The translations under genes were made by a program, and so were the position numbers. A stretch of DNA of 64,000 nucleotides from Octopus sinensis. Taxonomy: Eukaryota. The DNA is taken from NCBI RefSeq assembly GCF_006345805.1, contig NC_043000.1, positions 108,934,001 through 108,998,000 on the forward strand. Reading direction: 5' to 3'. Numbering within the stretch: the first letter of the stretch is position 1; each line of letters starts with the position of its first letter. A model generated the notes under the pieces. That model had not been told where the DNA came from, did not search any database, and saw nothing but the letters and a program-made list of their open reading frames with translations. Positions 1 to 12,101 of the stretch are shown here, one piece after another.

Positions 1-911
1 AAATGCATTAAAAAAGCAAGTGAAATATTGTAAAAGTCACGCAGAATTTTAATAAGTAAAACAGATATCTAGGTATCATACTTAACGTATGTACATCAGC
101 GATAGGCCTGTTACTGCAGTATTTATCCTGAGATGATACCTCTTAGAGACGTGTTGTCTTAAAAACACAATTAATACTCAAAGAGAGACAAAAATTCGTT
201 TGTAGCAGCGGCCAAGAAAATGATACGTACTCGCAGCAGTCAGCCTTTCACTCAGACCAGAATTCATTGTCACTAATATAGGAAAAAATGGCCAAAACAT
301 TCGCAGGCACCGCGAATATCTTCCCGGTTGACCAAAAATTTAGAATACGCAATTGAGGTAATTAAAAAACGCATCTATATATCATACATAATGTAAATGC
401 ATTGTTATTATATTTCCCTAAATCACGACTAAGTTTCGACGTAGTTTTATGTAAAGTTGAGCAGCGATTAGAATATTGCATGAAGAAGTCATATCTTTCA
501 AATAAACAGACATGATGATACAAACACGCATTATATTTCTTTTCTCCATCATAAAGCCGGTTACCCGGTTTTCATGGCATATAAATAAGTCGGTTGGAAA
601 GTCGGTTTTCATGGCATATAAATAACGGTGATCACAACATTATCCCTGAACAGGACGACGGTCCTTTCTTGGGGTTCAAGACAATTTCGAGGGAATTGGT
701 GAGGCAAGTTTATTACATCGAGTCCAGTACTTAAATGGTAGTTTATTGGATCGAATCTGACGACCTTGGCGGGATTTGAATGGCGAACGCAAGAAGACAG
801 GAAAAAAATGACACTAAACACTTTGTTCGGTGCGGTAACCATTTTGTCAGATCGCCATTGTCGACAATACAATTATATCAATTTAAGCAGAAACATTTTG
901 ATATGTTATTA

Positions 912-1087
912 TTTTACCTGTTTCAGTCGTTTGACTGCGGCCATGCTGGAGTACTGCCTTTAGTTGAGCAATTCGTTCCCAGGACTTATTTCTTGTAAGT
1001 CTAGTATTTATTCTATCGGTCTCTTTTGCCGAACCTCTAAGATACGGGGACGTAAACACACCAGCATCGGCTGTCAAGTGATGTTGA

Positions 1088-1119
<32 letters not shown>

Positions 1120-1163
1120 GTTTGTGTCGAGTTATATATATGTAACTCGACACAAACACACAA

Positions 1164-1208
<45 letters not shown>

Positions 1209-1609
1209 CGACAGGCTTCTTTAAGTTTCCTATTTCTTTATTGCCCACAAGGAGCTAAACATAGAGGGGACAAACAAGGACAGACAAAGAGATTAAGTCG
1301 ATTACATCGACCCCAGTGCGTAACTGGTACTTAATTTATCGACCCCGAAAGGATGAAAGGCAAAGTCGACTTCGGCGGAATTTGAACTCAGAACGTAAAG
1401 ACAGACGAAATACCACTAAGCATTTCGCCCGGCGTGCTAACGATTCTGCCAGACCGCCGCATTTAAGTTTCCGTCTACCAAGACCACCCACAAGGCTTTA
1501 GTCAGCCCGAGGCTATAGTAGAAGACACTTGTCCAAGGTGCTACAAAGTGGGACTGAACTCGGAACCATTTGCTTGGTAAGCAAGCTACTTACCACACAT
1601 CCACTCCTG
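912..1609 (-). mobile_element. tRNA-derived SINE, family B (CORE-like centre, internal microsatellite), interrupted by a nested SINE
   Basis: Reverse complement of the full copy at 62143-62540: tRNA-like head at about 1540-1609, GCAAGTGTCTTCTACTATAGCC core, internal (CA)/(TA) tract, and 3' tail CATGGCCGCAGTCAAACGACTGAAACAGGTAAAA. Confidence 0.85.
1231..1461 (-). mobile_element. tRNA-derived SINE, family A (Meta-domain-like), nested in a family B SINE
   Basis: The minus strand reads GCGGCGGTCTGGCAGAATCGTTAGC (A-box-like), GAGTTCAAATTCC (B box) and GTCGACTTTGCCTTTCATCCTTTCGGGGTCGATAAATTAAGTACCAG. It is flanked by an 11-bp duplication TTTAAGTTTCC at 1220-1230 and 1462-1472. Confidence 0.9.
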
Positions 1610-1819
1610 GTAATAAATAAGAAAGTGATCAGGTAAGAAAGATCCAATCAATGCAAAGCAAGAATTGTGAAAAGAGTTCCGTTGTAAAAGCTTCTCAGTG
1701 AAAGCACAATGGAATCCGGGTTTTATCCTACGTGAGAAGATATTTCGTAACAGCCATTGTCATTTGCTTGAAAGGACATTAACAGTAAAGAGGAAAATAC
1801 TTTTTAATACACACACACA

Positions 1820-1900
<81 letters not shown>

Positions 1901-1984
1901 ATGTATGTATATATACATACATATATGTGTATATGTGCATATATATATATATATATATAATATGTGTGTGTGTGTATGTGTATA

Positions 1985-2220
1985 GAAACATACGTATATA
2001 CTATATATGTGTCTTTGTGTTTATGTTTTCTCAACCCAGCTACTTGACAACTTGTGCTAGTTTGTTTACCCCACCTTAACTTAGCGGTTCTGCAAAAGGA
2101 TCCGATACAATAAGCACCAGAATTTAAATTAAAAAAAACAACCCCTTCCCCCTCATAAATATTGGGGTTGATTTGTTCGATTAAAATCCTTCAAGGTGAT
2201 GAGTAAAACAAGTAAAAGAT
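1985..2220 (+). mobile_element. Family B SINE, 3' half
   Basis: CTTGACAAC..GTTTAC..CTTAGCGGTTC..GCAAAAG..CGATACAATAAGCACCAG..GGGGTTGATTTGTTCGATTAAAA matches 62360-62520. Confidence 0.75.
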
Positions 2221-2493
2221 TCCCCACCACAACGCAGACATAGACACACACGCACACACATACTCACACACGTGTCCCATAAGTGAAGCTAGATCACTAG
2301 ATTAGATTAGTTTCTCCTGTATAATTGCAGGCTCGTCAGTAGTGACTACTTCATCACCGAATGGTTTGGCTAAATCCAGACTCTCAGTATATATATATAT
2401 ATATTTACCATATAAATTTATCGGTGATTTAGCGAAATGCTCATGTGAATACCTGCATACATACATACATACATATATATATGTATATATATA

Positions 2494-2552
<59 letters not shown>

Positions 2553-2624
2553 ATATATAAATATATATATATATATATATTATTATATATATGTATGTAT
2601 GTATGTGTGTGTGTGTGTTGTGTG

Positions 2625-2830
2625 TGTGTGATCGCGTGTGTATTGTTGGCGCTTTTCTTTCTCCGTCTTCCCTTCCTTGGACCTTTCCTTTTTCTATGTT
2701 TCTGACGAAGAGCTCCGCTCGAAACGTTAAATCCTCCTTCCTTCTTTCCTTTCCTGAGCGTCCAATAACACTATACTTGTTCCACGTCATCGCGTTGTTG
2801 TGTTTTCTCTTTGTTCTGATTTAGAGTAAC
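2625..2830 (+). mobile_element. About 200-bp Penelope-like (pLTR-type) non-autonomous element carrying a hammerhead motif
   Basis: Clearly homologous to 11905-12105 and more distantly to 19370-19555 and 41560-41790 (-). It lies between microsatellite tracts and ends in (TA)n. Confidence 0.65.
2697..2732 (+). ncRNA. Minimal type I hammerhead ribozyme motif (PLE-type)
   Basis: CTGACGA-A-GAGC-TCC-GCTC-GAAA-C-GTT: CUGANGA core, 4-bp helix II, GAAA, and palindromic AACGTT in place of helix III. Helix I is short (TTT/AAA). Confidence 0.65.
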
Positions 2831-3566
2831 TATATATATATATATATATATATATAGTCCTGGGTGTGACTAAACTGCATCCAGTAGTGGGGTCCAGATA
2901 TGGGAGTTCCTGAGTTTTGAGCAGTGTGGAACCACCTCTTAACCACTGTTGTTCCTAGATCTACTCTGACCCGGAGTAGTAGTTCTGTTAATTAGCATGT
3001 GAATAATTGAGAGTGAATGTCTTCTACTTCTAGTCAGAACTTCCTTGTAGAACATAAGTACACATATGAAAAAGAAAAAAAAAGGTCTGAAGTACAATTA
3101 GTTTGAGTTCGTCTCAACTTTTGATTTGTCACTGGTGTTTGCAGCAGATTGAGTTGGAAAGTCGGTTCAGTGCTGGGCGACAATTCATCAGCTCAAAACA
3201 AATTCTCGCACAAAAACCTCCTCGATTCTTGGAACGTTTCCACGGACTTACTGGGTATCAGAAGTGGTCTTACTCGGGCACGACGTGATTTCGCTGCATG
3301 TATATCTGGAACACTTTGAGCTTATTTCAAAGTTTCAGGCATTGTTTGATGTGCTAAAAAACATTGTAAGGCGAACTGATAGCATATATTGTGTTGCGAT
3401 ATTCCACTTGGACCGTTTGAAATCAAAAAGACAAAGGTGTTAAAAGGAGGGGCGTTTTAAATGACTCTACAGAATGTTAAAGAATTCATGAGTCGAAAGT
3501 ATCAACGAACGAAGTTCGTAGTGCCTCGATTTCTTATGAGATGAACAATATACATACATACGTGCA

Positions 3567-3648
<82 letters not shown>

Positions 3649-4067
3649 ATAACAAACACAAAAGATAATTTAAAAAAAAATTATTAGAAGTCAAAATGTC
3701 GGAAGGCTAAAATTATATGTACACACATCCACACACAGCCACACACACAGCCACACACACACAGCCACACACACAGCCACACACACACAATACACACGCA
3801 CACATGCATACACACATTTAGGTAGCTGTTGACTCCCTTGACTAAACGCTGCAGTGTGTCGAAATATAACTCTCATCACCAATCAAGCAATGGTTGCCGC
3901 TTTAGTCGTCGATGACCCGACCAGGCAACATTTTGTACCGGGTTATACGTTACCAGAAGCACTCAGGAACGACCTGACACATGTAGGCAAAGCAGACGTG
4001 AACTATTGCAATTTCATTCTGGACGACCAGTTTCTATGTAGTGTCTGTCAAAAAAACCTGAAAGCGA

Positions 4068-4735
4068 AAATGTAGATTTTATATTTCTGTTGAAGATATC
4101 ACACATATGATTAGCAACTGCCCCAAAATGTCACCACTACCTCCCTATGTGGCACTACTGTGTCGCAAAAACAATATACAATGCCATTCGGGAAAAAAAA
4201 ATATAGAGAATCCCTCTCTCAAATACCAGCAGAAGTAATACTGGTGGAACATTCCCATCCAAATGTTTGTCAAGTATAAGCATAACAAGCTGGATATTGT
4301 TGTTTGGGAGAGACAAGGAAAAGTATGTACCGTCATAGAGGTCAGCTGTCTTGCTGATGTGAATATCTCTTTGAAAATCAAAGAGAGGATAACCATGAAG
4401 AACTGCGTCGAAACCTCCAGCTTCTATATCCTGATTGCAAATATACATTTATATCAATAATAAAAGGTGCACTTGGTTTCATGAGAAAAATACCTGAGCC
4501 ACAATCTGGATAAGTTTTTAGAAAAAGAAATCAGCCACCTAACACGCCCATTACAACCACAATCTGTAAGTGGTAGAATAAAAATATGTAAGACTTTTCC
4601 CAACTTTAAAATGTGACGTGGTTTTTGTTATCTCCATTCCAACAATGAAGCTTTGAATCTTGTTAGAAACCAGCTGCTTCCTCAGAGGAAGAATTTAAAT
4701 AATTATAAACGGAAGAGAACATACATACATATATA
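4068..4735 (+). mobile_element. R4/Dong-clade non-LTR retrotransposon, 3' fragment (CCHC remnant + restriction-like endonuclease)
   Basis: Broken frames EDITHMISNCPKM and KHNKLDIVVWERQGKVCTVIEVSCLADVNISLKIKE (RLE PD..D/E motif). The 3' end runs into ACATACATACAT. Confidence 0.85.
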
Positions 4736-5217
4736 CAAACAAACAAACAAAGTCTATTGCACATTCCATCTCCTATTTTATTAATACTCTTACTCCAACC
4801 ACCACTACTAAGTTCCTGCAATAAATCTACGGATAACAACAGGTAATCGAAACTGTGCTAGTGCTTTACTCATCATCCATTCATACATTTATACAATTTC
4901 TCCACTACACACACGCGCGCACACACACATTATATATATAATATTAAGGATTCGGGAGAGAATCAGTTACTTAAATGATAGGAAGCAGGTCGAATTAACT
5001 TGTAAGCACCATCTTTAGTCGAATAAATATCATGGATACTGAATTATATCCAGAGAAATATTCAGGTTACGTGTACAGAGAATTTAACCCTTACGAGTTT
5101 TCAACGATTAAAGGTCAGGCCAAAGCGTACGTTGTATTGGCCCTACAGTATTTGGCATACACCAGGATGTCCGACGGGTCGGGTATCCCTTTTGCTGTAT
5201 CATGGGCGTAAAGAACG

Positions 5218-5605
5218 ATGGATGCCTGCTCATTACAACTGCTTCTGACACATTTTGTAATAGATGAATGAGTACATTACATCATAGCAAAAAAAAAAAC
5301 CCTTTTCATCAGGCGATACATTGGATTTCAAACAATAGAAGAACAATCCATGACCACCGTGGGTACACACCTAGACCCCAGTCCAAGATGGCCTGGAATG
5401 AGAGAGGTTATGTTCTTCTCTCATTCCAGGCCATCTTGGACTGGGGTCTAGGTGTGTACCCACGGTGGTCATGGATTGTTCTTCTATTGTTTGAAATTCT
5501 ATATATATAGCCTGATGAAAAGGGTTTTTTTGCTATGATGTAATGTATTCATTCTTCTATTTAAAAATGTGTCAGAAGCAGCTGTAATGAACAGACATTT
5601 ATCTA
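5218..5605. repeat. About 385-bp fold-back palindrome with a perfect 81-bp inner stem
   Basis: 5325-5405 is the exact reverse complement of 5417-5497 (11-nt loop). The outer arms, about 5218-5313 and 5510-5605, are complementary but visibly diverged. Confidence 0.95.
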
Positions 5606-5645
5606 TCGTTTGTTATTATTTATTTGATTATATATATATATATAC

Positions 5646-5856
5646 AATTATAAACAAGGGCAAAAGAAAAAATTCCTATGCCAAATATGCCGAAATATAG
5701 ACTTAATTGTCAATAACCATATAATTTATCACTATGAGCACGTGTCTCGAATTTAATATAATTTATAGTGATAAATTATATGGTTATTGACAATTAAGTC
5801 TATATTTCGGCATATATATTTGGCATTGGAATTTTTTCTTTTCCCCTTGTTTATAA
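5646..5856. repeat. AT-rich fold-back palindrome
   Basis: 5685-5735 pairs perfectly with 5765-5815 (29-nt loop); imperfect arms extend about 40 bp further. Confidence 0.9.
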
Positions 5857-5924
5857 GTTGTTTATAAAATTTAACCTTTAAAGGTATTTTTTTAATATGC
5901 TGGCCATTGATAAAAATTTTTATC

Positions 5925-5966
<42 letters not shown>

Positions 5967-6329
5967 ATATATATATAATATATATATTTATTTATTTATT
6001 TATTTATTTATTTACTTTATATTAAATTTTTTTTATGTATTGATTAAGTCTTTCCTTGTTTGATTTGCAAAATAGGTTGTTTGTCTCTAATTATATTATA
6101 TAATATTTTACTATAAAATGGATTCAATCCTAAATCTGATTTTTCCCTGTAAATTTGAATTTATTCCTAATATTTATTATTATTATTATATATATAATAT
6201 ATATAATATATATATTATATATATATATATATTTAAAATAATAAGGGTGAAAGATTGAATATTAATTTGATTAATATCAATTTAAAACCAGTGGTCTAGC
6301 ATCTGAAGATTCAGGAAAATTATATTACA

Positions 6330-6480
6330 TACGTCCCCGTAAATTAGCGGTTCGGGAAAAGAGCCCGATAGAATAAGTACCAGGCCTCCAAAGAATAACT
6401 TCAGGGGTTGATTTCTTCGACTAAAAAAAGGCGGTACTCCAGCATGGCAACAGTCAAAATGATTGCAACAAGTAAAAGAA
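6330..6480 (+). mobile_element. Family B SINE, 3' fragment
   Basis: ACGTCCCCGTAAATTAGCGGTTCGGGAAAAGAGCCCGATAGAATAAGTAC..CCAGCATGGCAACAGTC..GAAAC-type tail. Confidence 0.8.
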
Positions 6481-6488
6481 TATATATA

Positions 6489-6705
6489 TTTTTTTCTACT
6501 CTAGGCAAAAGGCCCGGAATTTTAGGTGAGGGATGCTAGTCGATTAGATCGACCCCTGTACGCAACTGGTACTTAATTTATCGACCCCGAAAGGATGAAC
6601 GGCAAAGTCGACCTCGGCGGAATTTGAACTCAGAATGTAAAGACAAACGAAATATCGCTAAGCACTTCGCCCAGCGTGCTAACGTTTCTGCCCGCTCGCC
6701 GCCTT
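6489..6705 (-). mobile_element. Family A SINE
   Basis: Near-complete match to 1231-1461 and 22543-22761. Confidence 0.9.
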
Positions 6706-6834
6706 AAAGAATATATATATATATATTAATAAACAATTGTTTATAATCATAAATGATAGTTTATATAAAACATTGGACTTGTAAACCAAAATTAAATACT
6801 ACATTTTTATAACTAGATCTAAAGGTAACAAGTG

Positions 6835-6903
<69 letters not shown>

Positions 6904-7413
6904 ATATGGTCATAGACAGAAACAGCAAACACTATTTCATAGGCATTCCAACCAGAAGTTAAAATTCTCAAGAGTTGAAACCTCCATGATTGTATCAACT
7001 TTTTGTCTTGAACGAAATATAAAGGACAAATAAGGAAATGGGAACGGAACCCTTAATGAAAATATGTCGAAACTTGAGCATGGCTGTCTTTTAATGATAC
7101 ATGTTGAAGCAAATACACTCAGCAACCTACACACACACACAAACACAAGCATACACGTATGCATTATATAAACAAACATGTATATATATAAACACATATG
7201 CACATATATGTAAACACGTGCATGTTTGTGTATATATACATACATATATATATATATATTATATATATATATATATATATACACATATATATATACATAA
7301 ATATATATAATATATATACACAATATATATATATATTATATATATATATATATATATGTATACATATATATATATATATATATATATGTATACATATATT
7401 TATATATATATAT

Positions 7414-7461
<48 letters not shown>

Positions 7462-8739
7462 ACATATATATACATATATATATATACATATATATACATA
7501 TATATATATACATATATATATATACACACCTACATACATACACACACATATATACGTGTATGTGTGTATAAATATATGTATATATATGTGTGAGTATGTA
7601 TATATACACACGTATGTATATATACCTGCGCGTGCACACACACATACATACGGATACACACATACAAAAATATATAAGTACATGTATACATATACACCCA
7701 TACACACAGGTTTCTATTTTAAATATTTTCGTTATGATAAATTTATTTACTTTAGTCGTAATGTGTTAGTGAAATCGCCCTTCCCCTTCCGCCCTCCTCG
7801 CCCTGCGGCTCCATGGTAATGGAGCGTTTTCAACTCTTTACCTTTTGAGAAGATCACATTGGCAAAAAAAAAAAAAAAAATATAGAAGTATATCAAGAAT
7901 AAACATTGATATTTTTACAATTTTTTTCCTCGGCAAATATTTTTCAACGATTTTGTCTGCGATGGGCGAATTCTAATGAAATAGGTCTCTTTTATCAGGT
8001 AAGATAATCTTGCAGTGTTGATTACATTGTATGTAGAGCACCTGATAATATCATTTGTCTGATTGAAGCACGGCTCTTTACCTTCCGATTTGAAATACAG
8101 GTAGAAACAGACATACAATTCTTGTGACTGAGAGGTATATATATATATCACAGGTTAGGGAAAGAAGACCACTCGAATGTTCCGGGGTCAGTTCCCAATT
8201 TCCCAATAAAGGAGGTATTTCAAAATCTGCAGAAATACACCTGGAAGTCATGACCTCGGCGAGGCCAGGTTTCTTAGAGGAAGCAACAGGCCGAAAATTT
8301 GCTGGACGGGAGTTTTACTACCGAAGATTACTCCTGCTGCTCGCTGACTCCGTTGCGAGTTTCCACTTATCACTCGGAGATGATAAGGTACACATACGTA
8401 CAACACCGACCTTTCGGACACTGATGGGCCCGAATCCTCTTATAATCCACATTAATTGACGCTAATACACAGGTGCCTGTATTTCATTGAATTATTTAAG
8501 TAAATTTAATTTGGCGTATGGTGACCATCCCTAACTTTGGTATCAAAGCTTCCGGAAAAGCGAAGTTGTATCTGTATTTCATCCATCTTGAATCTATGAA
8601 GGCGCGTGATCTGCTGGTTATTGTAAGATCGGGGTTTCAATACCTGGAGCGGGCAGAGGTATTGTATTTTTGAACAAAATATTTCATTTCATGTTGCTGT
8701 AATTCACTCAGCTGCAAATTAGTTTCAATAATCGTTGGA

Positions 8740-9933
8740 ATTTTCATCGTATGACTGACTGACCAGGATGCTGAACAATTGCGGGTCCTTGAAACCCAGA
8801 CTATTGCAGTACTGTGTCCTTATTTTAGATGGGGAAAGCAGGATCTTTGGTATGATGCAGTGCCGTTGAGGATTGGTATAGCTGTCAATTCCAAAATTGG
8901 GAGCTAAACCCTCCAAGATCTTCCAAATATATAGCACTACATATCTCCCTCGTCTTCTCTCCAGGGAATAGATAGAGACTCAGCTCCTTCAGCCTCTCCC
9001 AGTAACCCGTCTTTTGCATCGAGTCAATCTTCTTTGTGTGTTGGCACTGGATTGCTTCAAGTTCCACAGTTTGTTTCGCACTCTCTGGGGACCATAGTTG
9101 GGAGCAGTAGTCCAAGTGCCTGAGGACGAAAGTCCTCCGTAGGCGTAGCAAGGCCTCACATTTCCTGGTTGTGCACATCTTGGTAATATGCACATGGAAT
9201 GTTACATCATTGCTCATGTGAACCTCCAGGTCACGCACGGACCTTGACTCCGGGATCGTATTACCTTTTGGTCAGGTGTATTCTGATTTTAGCCTGGTGT
9301 TGGACCGATAGTGGAGTGCCTGAAAATTTCATAGCATTGAACTGCATGTTATTTTTTTTAGCCCATTTGTGTATTTCATTCAGGTCTTTCTGCAGTTTTA
9401 TGATGTCCTCTGGGTTCCTAACTGCCTGCGATACTTTTGTGTCGTCAGCATAACTGGTCAGATTCGCTGACAGTACTGCAGAGGGCATGTCTGAGAGGGC
9501 CACCACAAATAGTAGTGGCACTCCGCTGAGAATTGGTGTCTCTTCAGAGTGAGCGTCATTGGCTACCACTCCTAACCTTCAGAAAGTCATGCAGCCACTC
9601 TCCCAGTTTCCAAGTAATACCAAGGTTCCGCAGCTTGTGACATATCATGCCATGATCAACCTTGTCGAAGGCCTTGGCAAAGTCGAGATATATTACGTCT
9701 ACAGCTGACTGGTTTAGCTGTTGTTTCAGTACCCAGTCAGAGTGCTGCAGCAGCTGTGAGAGGCAGCTCCTTCTTGGACAGACGCCATGTTGCGTGTTTG
9801 TGAGAAGGTTATTTTCTTCTAGGAACGTGATCAACCTTTTTCTGACAATGCGTTCCATTGTCTTGCTAACATGTGAGGTCAGAGAGATGGGCCTGTATTC
9901 TTTAGCATCTGCTCTGCTCCCCACTTCATGGAC

Positions 9934-9938
<5 letters not shown>
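8740..9938 (-). mobile_element. CR1/Jockey-group LINE, 5'-truncated and frameshifted RT
   Basis: YRPISLTSHVSKTMERIV, QHG, SCLSQLL, VDVIYLDFAKAFDKVDH, SGVP, SYADDTKV, LQKDL..WAKKNNMQFN, HLDYCSQLWSP and YWERLKEL are spread over ORFs 9556-9924, 9261-9569 and 8885-9238. Confidence 0.92.
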
Positions 9939-9995
<57 letters not shown>

Positions 9996-10409
9996 TAGAT
10001 ATATAATATATATGTAATATATGTATATATAAAGTGCTTTCTCCATCCGTCTGTTTGACTCTCTCTCTCTTTCTCTATCTCTCTCTCCCTCTCTCTATAT
10101 ATAAATTTTAAAAATATGTTTAAGAGACAGATAATAATTTAGAATAGGAAAATATGAATTCCTAGTGGAGAGGAATAGAATGTATAGGATAAACGAAAAT
10201 AAAATTTTAAAATACAGATATAGGGGACGGAAACGGAAATTAAGAGACTAAATGAAATTTATAGGAGGGAGTGAAAGGAAATTGAGAGGAAAGCAAAATA
10301 GGATACTTTTGGTTTATAGGGGAATAAAAAGGAAATTAATAAGAGAACGAAAAAGAGATTTATAAGGGAAGGAAAGCAAATACAGTTTATAATGGAAAGA
10401 AAATATTTC

Positions 10410-11010
10410 GGTAGTTGTGGCAAAAGCGTTCGAGCGTCGGGGAAAGGAAAAAAACTTAGCAGTATTCGCTCTGGTTCTTTACATTCTGGGTTCGAATCGC
10501 GCCAGAGTCAACTTTGTTCTTTATTCTTTCGGGGTAGATAAAATGAAGTAACAATCAAGAACTGGATCGATGATATCAATCAATCTCCATTGCATCTCAT
10601 AACTTGAGATTTAAGCTTTGAGCTTAAATATCTATGTACAGAAAATTTGAAATGTTTTGGGCAGTGGGCCAATCAGTTACATCAACTCAAGTGCTCAACT
10701 GGTCCTTATGTTATCGATCTCGAAAGGATGAGAAGCAAAGTCGACCTGGGAGAACTTGAACTCAAGAGGTAAAAAAATCTGGAAAAAATGCCGCTAAGCA
10801 TTTTTATCCGGCATGCTAATGTTTCTGCCAGTTCGCCGCTTTCGCCTTTCAGCCTAATTTTTCCCCTTTCTACTGTAGGCTCAATACCTGAATTTTGAGG
10901 GAAGAAGGCTAGTCGAATGCATCGACCCCAATACCCATATAGTACTTATTTTATCGACCCTGAAAGAGTGAAAAGCAAAGACGACCTCGGCGGCATTTCA
11001 ACTCAGAAAT
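10410..11010. mobile_element. Cluster of three degraded family A SINEs (about 10410-10600 +, 10650-10845 -, 10860-11010 -)
   Basis: Recurrent GAAAGGATG..GCAAAGTCGACC..GGCGG..TTGAACTC motifs and their reverse complement. Confidence 0.75.
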
Positions 11011-11562
11011 GCTGTTAAGTATTTTTCTCCGATTTGCTTACGATTCTCTCAGCTCCCTCCACTTTTTGAACAGTTAGTATACCTTTTCCCAAATTGACAA
11101 ATGAGATATATGACAAATACCTATTTCCAAATTGACAAATGATAAATGAGAAAGTTATGCTCTTCGCGGATGAAATGTGTAGCCCTACAGTCTCAGATAT
11201 ACCTGTTGGTGTAGGAGGAACATTGCATGAACAGTAATTACTGACTTTCAGAATCCAACGGATTCGGTTCTCAGAGAACCACATATATACAAACCATCAT
11301 AATGCTTGCTTAGAGTTTGGTAAATCGAATTTTTGAGAAGGAAGTGTATTTGATTTTAACACTGTTTGATGTGGAAAGACTGGAGAAAACATCAATTTTT
11401 TGAGCAGTGGGCAACCGAATATATTCAGTTATTGGCTTGCTGGGGAGCGAAATTTCCTGATGTGGGTTTGGTACGTGGGAAAAACAAAATCACTCACCCA
11501 CCCATACATATAGGTGTATGTATGTGTGTAAATACTTGCATACATACACACATATATATGGA

Positions 11563-11652
<90 letters not shown>

Positions 11653-11725
11653 CATGCATCCCTATGTACACAATATGTACATATATATTTTATAGATGTA
11701 TATATATATATAATATATATATACA

Positions 11726-11781
11726 CTTTATTTAAAAGCAGCAGAAATATAACAATATATTTCTGCTGCTTTTAAATAAAG
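11726..11781. repeat. Perfect 26-bp hairpin
   Basis: CTTTATTTAAAAGCAGCAGAAATATA-acaa-TATATTTCTGCTGCTTTTAAATAAAG. Confidence 0.95.
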
Positions 11782-11852
11782 CATATTACTCTACCTCCGG
11801 TATTTCAGTACTCTTTTTTCCACCTTGTTACACATTTATGTGCTTACTCCGG

Positions 11853-11892
<40 letters not shown>

Positions 11893-11904
11893 CTATATAT
11901 ATAT

Positions 11905-12101
11905 GTTAAAATTGACCTCGTGTGTACCGTTGGCGATTTTTTTCCTCTGTGTTCCCTTCTCTGGATCTTTCCGACGAAGAGCTCCGCTCGAAACGTTAAA
12001 CCCTCCTTCTTTCCTTCTTTCCTGAGCGTCCAATAATACTATATTTGTTCCACGTCCTCGCGTTGTTGTATTTTTTTGTGCTTTCTTGTTTGGATTAACT
12101 T

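Noticed and set aside
3854-4075. 73-aa ORF ending in CSVCQK
   Set aside because: No recognisable family; it abuts an R4 fragment and has no splice or start support.
5510-5545. CCTGATGAAAAGGG as a hammerhead core (also CCTGATGAAATG at about 20619)
   Set aside because: There is no helix II/GAAA partner at the right spacing; at best these are decayed remnants.
7101-7819. Many 60-130 aa ORFs of YIYI, HTHT, CVCV or LSIY type here and across the window
   Set aside because: They are read-through of (TA)n, (CA)n, (TATG)n and (TATC)n microsatellites, which lack stops in several frames.
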